Made by a program: the position numbers and the translations under genes
The notes under the pieces: model-generated
Told to the model about the DNA's origin: nothing
Database searches by the model: none
The model's input: the letters and a program-made list of their open reading frames with translations, nothing else
Shown: piece by piece, positions 12,410-22,151 of the stretch
Layout: every line of letters starts with the position of its first letter
Numbering within the stretch: position 1 is the stretch's first letter
Assembly: GCA_013265495.1 (NCBI GenBank)
Contig: MU058226.1
Coordinates: 396,741 to 460,740 of the forward strand
Reading direction: 5' to 3'
Source: Vicugna vicugna
Lineage: Eukaryota
DNA length: 64,000 nt

Positions 12410-13140
12410 GGTGCGTGCAGTGGCGCGCGTCTTCCTCTCGTTTTTCTGTTTTCGCGTCCGTGTTTCTTGGGTGTGTCTCCGTGCGTTTCTTCCCATCTTC
12501 CTCATCAGCACCCCGAGACCGAAGGATTCTTGGGTAGTCCGGGACAGTAGCTGCGAACCCTCGGGCACGTTCCCGCCCCAAACCTCCAGACCAGAAGCTA
12601 GAGCAGGTGGTGCGTTCCTGGAAGCCGAGGACCCCCGCACCCCCCCAGCCCACCGACCCTTAAAGCAAAAACCCTGTCTCCCACAGAGAGGGAGGGACTG
12701 ACCTGACGAGATGCCGACAGAGCAGTCGGGGCGGGCCCAGCAGGCCCCGGGCGGAGGAAGGGGATACGGCACCTGAGGCGGGTGGGCGGCCGCTCATTGG
12801 TTGCTGCGTGGGCTCCTAATCCCGGTCTGGGAGGGATGTTGGCGCCACAGTGCCACCTTCTGGGGAAGCCGCGTAGTGTCTGGGTGTCGGCTAGGGCCAG
12901 ACGCCTGGGTCCTGACGCCCGGCATGCCGTTCCTAGGTTGCTTCTCCGCGGCAGGGACAAGAGCCAAACTTGGGCTGGCGGCCACCCTCTCGTCCTCCCG
13001 AAACCTCTGAGGTGCAGCCAGGCGCGGAGTTCGAGCGGACAGCGCCGGAGCCTGTGGGCGCCGGAGATCAGACCCACTGACCTGCAGCAGAGCTGAGGCG
13101 GGCCCGGAAAAGGGGGGCGTAGGGAAAGGCACTTACTTTC
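12410..13140. promoter_or_regulatory. CpG island upstream of LY6G5C
   Basis: High CpG density, GC boxes near 12728 and 12784, inverted CCAAT (ATTGG) at 12796-12800. Confidence 0.7.
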
Positions 13141-13269
13141 CAGAACCCACAGGAGGCACTGGGCTGAGAATGATCATTCGGGGCCCAGGTGTCCTCGCTT
13201 TTGGATTTCGTTTTTTTAATTTTTAAAAAAAAATTTTATTGCGCTTTTGGATTTCTGACACGTCTTTCC

Positions 13270-13690
13270 CATCTTAGAAAATGGTATCACAATCACCTGC
13301 TTTTGTAAGCCTATCCCCCTTTCCCTCACCCTACATTCAGTTTAAGTCCAAATCTGTCCAGTCTTCCTCCTAAATGTTATCTCAGAATCATTCACGTCTC
13401 GGCTTCCGTCTCTTTTGCTAGACCAGGCTGCCATCTTGTGACTGGACTCAGGAATAGCGTCCTAACTGGTTTTCTCAGAAATCTTTATGAACAGAAATCT
13501 GATCTTGTTACTCCTCTGCTGAAATCCCTTTGGTCAGTTTCCACTGCCCAAGTGCCCCTGGAAAGCACTCCCCACCATCACTGCTTGTTGACTTGCCTCC
13601 TGCACTTGACTGTGTGCTCTGTCAGAGTACAGACTTTGTGAAATATTGTATCTCCAACACCTGATTCAATGAATGTCTGTTGAATTAATA
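13270..13690 (+). mobile_element. L2 LINE 3' fragment
   Basis: AATAGCGTCCTAACTGGTTTTC...AAATCTGATCTTGTTACTCCTCTGCTGAAATCCCTT...TCAATGAATGTCTGTTGAAT resembles the L2 3' end; boundaries approximate. Confidence 0.65.
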
Positions 13691-13910
13691 TGGAAGAAGT
13701 TTCCCCTCTCATTCCCCTGTTGCTGGGCCCTTGTCCCCAAGCCAGGATGTTAGGCCCCAGAAAGGCCGTGGGTGGGGACACTCTGTCCCTCTGGCCATTC
13801 TGGCACTGATTTCTACCCCAAACAGGTGTTGCCTCTCCCTGCCCTCTTGGCCAACTTCTCTTCCACCAATATAAGGCCAAACCAGAGGCTGATGGGAAGT
13901 CATAAACTTA

Positions 13911-16900
13911 ATGGCAGTCCCTGCAGGTAGCCGGAATCTGAGGCCCCCCCAAGCCCTGTACATTAAGAGGAAAAGCCCTGTCCTCTTAATAATTCTGGTC
14001 ATGATGAGCTTCGCATTGGGTAAGTGGCTCTAAGGGGTCAGAAGGTTCTCCTAGCCTGCTGGATAGAGAAATCCACAGACACCAGGTGTCTGGGTACATC
14101 TGCCAAGGATGTTCAGGTAAACCTAGGCAGGAGGAAAGACGGGATGTGTGGGCTTGGTGGGATAATGCCTGCAGACTGATAATGGACTGATGTTTATTCT
14201 GAGGGAGATTTCTGGTAACTTCCCCAGGGATGTCTCACTCAACAGCAGTGACCTAAGTGGATATACTAAAGGGAACCTCTTCATAGCTGAGGACAATACA
14301 GAATAGGGAGGGTTGGACGAACATACCAGATGACAGCACTAGGATCCACCATGTAGAACAAGGCTGAATCCAACCTGATAACCTCATTTGGCTGCAAAGT
14401 ACCATTTACACAGAAACAGGATTCAGTGTTTGCTCAGCATCTGCTTCACACCAAGTGCTCTGCTGGGCCTGGGCCTGGGACCAGAGGAAGAGGGAGACGA
14501 ATATGCATGTAATAGAGGAGGGCTTTGGTGGACAAAATTTAATGAGTTGGATCAATGAGAGGACCACCAAACAAAGAATGTGGCTGTGGGCTACTTGAAG
14601 TCTCTTGTCTACACAAAGCAGAGATTCTTCCTGTCCTGTGATGGTCCACGCTGGTGTTTTCACTTCTGAATGTTACAGATTTAAGAAAGCATATTCAAGA
14701 GAATCTGGGAGTGCGGAGGAGTGTGGGGAACTGTGACACCAAGTCACAGAGGAAGAACTGTCCTAACAGGGGTACCCAAAGTTGGAATGGGCTGACTTGG
14801 CCTAACCATTGAACTTAGAGGCTTGGAGAGTGCTGGACACATTAGCCCCTCAAATACATGGTGAATGAATGAATGGATGGATGAGTTCCTCATTTCAGGA
14901 GGTATAATAGCAGAGAACGGTGGTTTTTAACAAGCACTAAGGCTTCTAATGGAAGATTTAGCCAGATGGTTTTAAAGAATTGGTAATTTTATGGTTTTTT
15001 GAGATGGGTAAGTGGGAGGGAACAGTGGGGTTGGCCAGCCTGGAAATTAGGTGGGTTTGAAATCAGTGCTTCTCTATGTTCTAGGTCAGCTCAATCTTAA
15101 TGAACAAGAACCCCCTTATCTGCCTCAGTTAAACAAATACCTTCGCTGCTATCGATGCCTCTTGGAGACCAAGGAGTTGGGGTGCCTTCTGGGATCTGAT
15201 ATCTGCCTTGCCCCGCACGGCAGCAGCTGCATGACTCTGTTCATAAAGAACAGTAAGCTGCTTTCCCCCTTCTGTCTTGGGCCCAGTCTGTTCCCAAACT
15301 GAGCCTCTACCAGCCTTCTAGGCTGTACCGCAAGTCTGGTTCCCACAGCTCTAAGATACTATTCCATCACTGTCTGTCTTTCCTTTCCTTTCGAGCCACT
15401 CCCTATCTCTACTTCCACTCTCCTTCCCTCCTCAGCTCACCCTCCTCATAGCACCCAGCCTTGTAGGGGACCCTCAAGATCACCAGATCCACAAGCCTTT
15501 CCTCGGGTTGCCTTCTCCCCATCTGTCAGCGTTCCTGCCAGCATCAGTCTTCTCCATCTTCCACTGCTTCTTCCCAGTCTCCTTCATGAGTCTTGCCTTA
15601 TTCTCCTTAACCCTTAACAGTTCATGTTCACCAAAGTTTGGTCCTTAGCTCTTTACTCTCCAAGAGGATTTTATCTTTCTTTGGCTCCACCTAGCAGCCA
15701 TGTATGGCATCCTCCTAAATCTGAATGTTAGCCAAAACTGTCATATCAAATTGCCCTCTAGACATCTCCACCTCATTTTCAACTTGCTGGAAATTGACTA
15801 CATTCCCTTGTTCCTCATGCTTGCTCTTCTACCCGAATCCTCACCTTTTTCAAGTTAATAAGCACATAACACAGACTATGTGCCCAGCACTGCTCTAAGC
15901 ACTAAAAACCCTCCGAGGTAGACATTATTATCCCCATTTTACAGAGGAGGAAACAAAGGTGCAGAGCCTTGCACAAGTCTCCTAGAGGCTGAGCCACACA
16001 GTTTATGGTCGCTCCAGAGACGGTGTTCTTATCAACTGCTGTTCACAACTGCTTTCATTCAAATCCTTTCATGATACTTTTCAAACAGCTGATGCACAGA
16101 TGTGGTTCTGTATCAGAGTATTCAGGGGTATCAAAGAGAAGTCTCCTTCCCACACCTGGCCCAATCCATTCAGCTCTCAAGCACAAACAGCAAAAAACTA
16201 TTTAAAAATGTCTTTATTATCCTTTCTGTGATCTTTAATGCACATCCCACCTATACAAATATGCTGTTTACTCCTTTTCCCCTCTTTTTTTTTTCCTCCA
16301 CAAAGAGTAGCATACTACTGTAAACACTGTTCTGCACTTGTTTTTTAAACTTAACAGTTATGGGAACTTGATGTTTCCATACCAGTTTGTAACTAGCTTC
16401 CTTGTTCTGCTGACCAGCCGCGTAGTATTCACAGCATGGGCATGTCAGAGACAATTTATTCATCCCCCTACTGGACCTTTAGGTTGCTTCTAAGTTTTCA
16501 CTCTCTTAAGCAGGGCAGCAATGACGATCCCTGGACATGGGCACAAAGATTTCCCCCCTCCAGTAATATATATAACAGCAGCAGGAATATCCTCTTACTT
16601 TTGATCCATAAAATAAATGACAAACACCTCCCCTCTGCAATCTGACCTCCAATACATCTCCCAACTTTTTCTTACATGGTCCCATCCAAAGTGCTGGTTC
16701 TCCCCACTTCGCTCCACAAGTCCCAACTCACCCCATTCCAACTATCACTGTATTTCAAATGGCCCTTTCTCACCAATCTTCGGTGGGAAACTTCTGAAGA
16801 GTTTATGGCTGGTGACTTCCTGGCGCACTCTGCCTCTGCCCAGTTCCAGGAATCTTTGCATTTGGGGGGGGGGTCCAGGGTAGGGTTTGAGGGCAGTGTG

Positions 16901-17149
16901 GTCAGTCCATGCAGAGTGAGGGGATGGGAGGGTTCGAGGCTTTGCCTGGAACTCCGTGTCACTGACTGCTGCCATCCCTCCCCAGACAGTGGTTCTGACA
17001 TCATGGTGAGTGACTGCCGCCCTAAGGAGCAGATGAGTGATTGCTCGTACACCCGCACTTCTCCGGTGCTTGGCTTCTGGATATTTTCTCGATGCTGCTT
17101 CCGGAATTTCTGCAATAACCCTCAGAACAGAGAGCTCTATATTTCTTAG
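13911..17149 (+). CDS. LY6G5C: Lymphocyte antigen 6 family member G5C (secreted LU-domain protein)
   Basis: Exons 13911-14019 (signal peptide MAVPAGS...VLLIILVMMSFALG), 15085-15252 (LRCYRCLLETKELGCLLGSDIC), 16986-17149 (SDC...CCFRNFCNNPQNRELYIS*). Phase-1 introns; AATAAA at 17492-17497. Confidence 0.93.
15860..16050 (-). mobile_element. MIR SINE
   Basis: CTATGTGCCCAGCACTGCTCTAAGCACT...CCCCATTTTACAGAGGAGGAAAC; boundaries approximate. Confidence 0.75.
16050..16560 (-). mobile_element. Ancient L1 (L1ME-like) fragment
   Basis: ATACTG...CTGTTCTGCACTTG...TAGTATTC...GGACCTTTAGGTTGCTTC motif series; boundaries approximate. Confidence 0.5.
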
Positions 17150-18009
17150 AACTTCTGCGGAGACCTCTGGAATAATATTCTGCCAATTTCCAGCCATCCC
17201 CCCAATTTCCACCCAGGGGCAGCTGGGACAATGCCTATCCCTGCCCACTAGCCCTCCCTGCCTCCCCCGAGTTACTGGACCCCAGCCCTATCTACTTCTT
17301 GGTTGACACCTTTGAACGTCCCTGTTTCCACTCTGCCCCTTCCCCAGGCTCCCTCTCCAGAATTTCCTTCAGTCCTGTCAGCTTTCCTCCTGTCTGCTCC
17401 CGCGTGGAAGCTGCTGCTTTGCCCTGATTTGCTCCTTCCCTTTTTCCCACCACAGGCCTCTCTTGTCCCAAGTCCCCAGCTGTTCCTGCAAAATAAATTG
17501 AGGTACTGAAGTATTTGGTTTGTCTCTCTTCTGGTGGAGGTGGAGGCTGAGGGAGGTGGTACTGCCTGATGGCCCCATCATGGGGCCCGTAAGGAGCTCC
17601 CAGCTCAGCAGAGCTATGCTCCCGCCCTGCCCCACTGTCTGTGACTCAGCTCTTGGCACAAAGAGGTGAAGAGGGACTGGAAGCCATCCTCCAGGGAAGA
17701 CAAGAAAGGCAGTGGGTGTCCTCAGAAGTGCCATCAGACCCAGAGCTATGGGTACTAGTGGGCAGGTCCATGGGGGTGTGTGGGTGGGAGTGGAGCTGTG
17801 GAAAAACCAGGCCAGGGAGGAGAAGGTGCGGAAGAAGTTTTGTGAAGAGATGTGAGGCCCAGTGGAGCCCTGGCCTCTGTGGTTTCAAGCTCAACATCCC
17901 TTATCAAGGACCACAGTAAGTTACTCAATTTCGTGCCTTGGATTTCTCAGCCACTGAGGCTGTCTTCCAGTTTGACTCGCAAGAGCTGTGTAAACCTGGG
18001 CCTTTGCCT

Positions 18010-18153
18010 TTTTTTTTTTTTTTTTTGAACTTTTTTTTTTAATAATAGCAATGTCAGTATTTTATTATTTTTTTAAATGGAGGTATTGGAGCTTGAACCC
18101 AGGACCTTGTGCATGCTAAGCATGCACTCTACCTCTGAGCTATATACTCCATC
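18010..18153 (-). mobile_element. tRNA-Ala-derived SINE (Vic-1-like) with target-site duplication
   Basis: Poly-T tail plus TGGAGGTATTGGAGCTTGAACCCAGG...CTGAGCTATA. Flanks are CCTGGGCCTTTGCCTT (17995-18010) and CCTGGGGCCTTTGTCTT (18154-18170). Confidence 0.9.
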
Positions 18154-20120
18154 CCTGGGGCCTTTGTCTTATTTTGAAGTCAGAGGTCACAGGGAAAAGT
18201 GGGCCAGCAAGAGGGGGACAACTGGTTGGTACCTCTTTTCGTACCTCCAACTGCTTCCTGACCTAAAAGCAAACATTGGTGTCTCTCACCAGAGCACAGG
18301 CTGTTAAAGGGGCCATGAAGACCTGTTAACTTATGTGCAAAATGTTGTGTAATTTAGATGCTGCGTGACACCACTTCTGTTCAGCACACAGACAAAATTC
18401 ATCTATGGCGGTGCGACTCAGGACAGTGGCTGCCCCTAAGAGCTGGCGGGGAGGGCTGAGGAGGTAGCTGTGTGAAGGCAGCTTTGGGTGCCGATAAAGG
18501 CCTTTATGCTAACTTGGGGAGTGGTAACACAGGCATGTATTTTACAAGAATCCATCTTTTGGTGTGCAAACTTCTGTATGGCCAAAAAGGTTTAAAACTA
18601 TATAGGCCAAAATCTGTGTGTATGTTTGTCTCTAAGGCATGTGTCTATTTCTGAGCCCCTAATTTCCATTTGTGTGCACATATTTACACTCATTCTCTCA
18701 ATCTTATGAGGCACTATCCCTACTTGACAAATGACCCAAGTGAAGCAGAGACCAACTTACCCAAGTAGCAGAGGAGCTGGGATTTGGCCTCCTAGCCACA
18801 AAGCTGCACTACTATTCAGAAAAAGGTTTCACAATCCCAGAACTGGGTTATAAAATTCAGAAGGGTGGATGCCTGGATGTACTCATCTTCAACTCCTGGT
18901 GCTTAACACCAGGCCTGGCTCAGAGCAGTGTGTTCAGTGTTTACTGAATGTATGGGAAAGGATGAGTTATGAATATTCATTATTGCCCTCTGCATGCTTA
19001 CAGTTTTTCAAAGCATTAAAATGAAAGATTCTACCACTGCAACCCCACCTGTGTGCTCTCTGTACTTCCCCACAGAGGAGGTTCTAGGTGCCAGGATCCT
19101 GAAAACTGAGGATAGGCAGGAACGCAGGAACCTCAGCTCCAGGTGACTCTGAGATGCAGACCTGGGCCCTTTGGTTTGCTCTTGAGTTTCCCTGGTTGAG
19201 TTTTTCCTCCTTTCTTAGGTGGAAAAACCTGACATCACTCAGGTTTAACTACCTAGGTTTTGTAGGGTATGTTTAAGGCTGGGAGGATTCACAAGGATAC
19301 TCTGATCTCTTGCTGAGCAGAGGGCAGAATGGATGAGCGCTGTGTGGGACGGACTACGAGGAAGCCACAATGGCTGAGTGGGCAGGGTGCTGCAACCCTG
19401 TTTGAACCCCACACCCAGTTAACTTTCTTTAACCTGTCTACACCTGCCCACACCTGAGCCTGACCCCATAAACCATGTGACACAGACTTAGCCCAGTTTG
19501 TTTATTGTGGAGGGAAACTGGGGAGTGTGGAGCAGAGGACAGAGCCGCTCCCCTCTCTGGGAACCTGTGGAAGCGGGTGCCAGGACTCAGTGACGTGAAG
19601 TGGAGCTGAGGAAGCCAGAGACGAAGATGAGATGAGAGAAAGCAGTAGGAGACCAGGTGGGAGTGAGGGTGGTAGAGACAGTGAGGTAGGAACGCCAGAG
19701 TACCAAGTCAGGAAATCTGCACAGAAGTCCATCCCTCACCCTTCTTGATGCAAGTCCAGTCTGGCACAAGGTTTTAGAGAGAGTGTAAGAATGGAAGTGG
19801 GAAGTGACCAGACTGAGAGAGGATCAGGAAGACGAGAGGGGGATGACGGGAAAGGGATGAGGAAACCACTGTGACTCTCCTAGGGCAGCCTAGGCATTAC
19901 CCACCTTTGAGACTGTTTTCTAGATGGACAAAGGGCAGTGGGTGCAGTGCCAACTGCTTTCTGGGGAGGAAACTAAACTAAAACAGACATGAAGTACAGA
20001 GGAAAAGAGGCCCGAGAACTCACAGACCAGAGAATGTGGTCTTCTGAGAGGGCAGTGAAGGATGCTGGGGTGTTAGGGGAGAGATGCCGGATTAGAGTGG
20101 AATCCAGGAAGGGTAAGATG

Positions 20121-21121
20121 TCAGGGCTCAGCCTGGGGAAGAACTAAAAGTCCTGAATTGTTGAGGAACAAGTATATGCGGCGCAGCTCAGCAATGGACA
20201 AGCTCAGGTTCAGGGCTGGGGCGGCCAGGGGGTCCAGGCCTTCAGGCTCCTTCTCAGCATGGAAGCTGGGTAGGGGCAGTGAGAGGTTCAGGGCCTGGTA
20301 GAACCACTGGATCTGGGACTCAGACAGGGGCTGGGGCAGGGACCCGTCAGTGGGCTCAGGCAGGGAGCCCTGGACCTGGGGGCTGGACCAGGAGTTGCAG
20401 TAGTTGTACTGGCAGCACTCAGCCTGGTACCAGTACTCTGGGAAGTAGGTGGAGCGTTTTTCTTGGCAGCGGTAAGAATTATACTGTCCACAGCCTCGGA
20501 TGAAGAAGCGAACCTTGGTCTCTAAAGGGGAGGGGACAGCTAATGACCCCTGCTGCCTCCCACAGTCCCCAAACCTGGCACCCCTTTCACAGGCTCTCTC
20601 CATCCCTCACCCAGACCCAATTCCTATCCCAGACTCCTTTAGAAGGAGCCAGAAAAATTAGCTTAACTGGCTCCCAGAATCCCAGACACCTCCACTTCCC
20701 TGTCTTATACCTCAGGCCCCAAGCAGCCCTCATCTATGAGACCAAGCCATAGGCTGTCCTGCTAGTATTCCCTTCCTGGGACTTGACTCACCATAATAGA
20801 TGGTGATCACCATGCATGGGGATGCACTGCTGACAGTGCACTTCTCCGAGCCTGAAATGCATCCTACAGAAGGATCTTCCAAGAGGCAGAGGTGGCAGGT
20901 CCGGAGTTCAGGAACAGGAGCTGGGGAAACAGACAGGAGGGATGGGGGTGTTGACCCACTCCAAGTTCCCTGCCCTGCAGGGAGCCAGCACATCCAGTGC
21001 CACAGCCCACCCCCCTGCCTGGACTTAATCTTTCCTCCCTCCCTGCCCCTGGGCCCCACTTACCCTTTCCCACTGTGAATCCCACCATGACCAGCACACC
21101 TACAAGCATATGGGCCTTCAT
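20121..21121 (-). CDS. LY6G5B: Lymphocyte antigen 6 family member G5B (195 aa)
   Basis: Exons 21121-21064, 20920-20792, 20521-20121 give MKAHMLVGVLVMVGFTVGKAPVPELRTCHLC...CCQYNYCN...PQAEP*. Minus-strand AATAAA at 19501-19506. Confidence 0.95.
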
Positions 21122-22151
21122 TATGGAATTCTGGGGAGAAGGGCAGTCCATGAGGGGTGACCTGAAACCCCACCTTCCTGTGACCATACCCCTTGAGCCT
21201 GAGCTGCAGGGTGGTTTTGACAAAGCAGAATTTGGGTAGGAGCTACCGTAGGTACAGAGCTTTATTTCCGCCTGGGGCAGGATCCTGGCTGGAGGAGGAA
21301 GCTATTAACTTGGCAGGAGGGACAGCATGTCCTCACCCACAAGGTCTGGTTCCTGAATGTAGGGGCAGTCGCCCAGACAGGGGCAATACCTGGGCCCCAG
21401 TCCAGCAGTTTACCTTTGTCCTGCCTGCCCCTCACAGATCTACTCCCGCCCCTCAAGGATGCATGGATTAGTTTCTGCCTCTGGCACAACGTGCTATCCT
21501 CTCTACACAACAGAGCCAGTCCCTATTGCGCTGGGAGAAACTTTGGCCAGCAACCCAGTGACCCCATCCTTCTGAGATGAGGTCTCAGCTCTCCCAGTAG
21601 AGGGCGCATGGACACCACAAAGCAGCAATTATGGACCTGTCCCTCCTCTCCCCACCCCCTACAGTTGTCTGTTTTGGGAAACCACTTTCCCTGTAAAACC
21701 CAAACTGAAGTGTTGATTACATCCCTTAGAGTATAAACAGACAGCCATAGGTGACCCAAAAAGAACAAATTATCTCTCTAGCCTTTGAAATCTGACTTTT
21801 CTCTGAGTCTTTCCCTTGTGATCTTTGCACATCCCCACATCCAGTCCTAGGAACTTTGCTCTACTAATAAAAACATCATCCAAATCCACTGGGCACAAAT
21901 CTGTGCTGGTTTTCAATTTGAGGAGGGTGAGCTGGGCCAGGAGGGCTCCTGGGGTCCAGCACACCATTACCCTCCCTTTCCCAACCCCAAGCACCAGCAG
22001 ACCAGCCCACGGCCTTTTCTTCCACTTTATTTCATATTCCCACCACAATAATGACTCCTTTAATTTAAACTAAAAACCATAGAGGGTTCCTGAAAGGGTG
22101 GCAGCAAAGGAATGAAAGTGTCAAAGACTGAGGGACAGGTAGGGTGGGGAA

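Noticed and set aside
13892..13930. Out-of-frame uORF overlapping the LY6G5C start
   Set aside because: Its ATG is only about 20 nt after the TATA-like box and probably lies upstream of the TSS; relevant only if an upstream promoter is used
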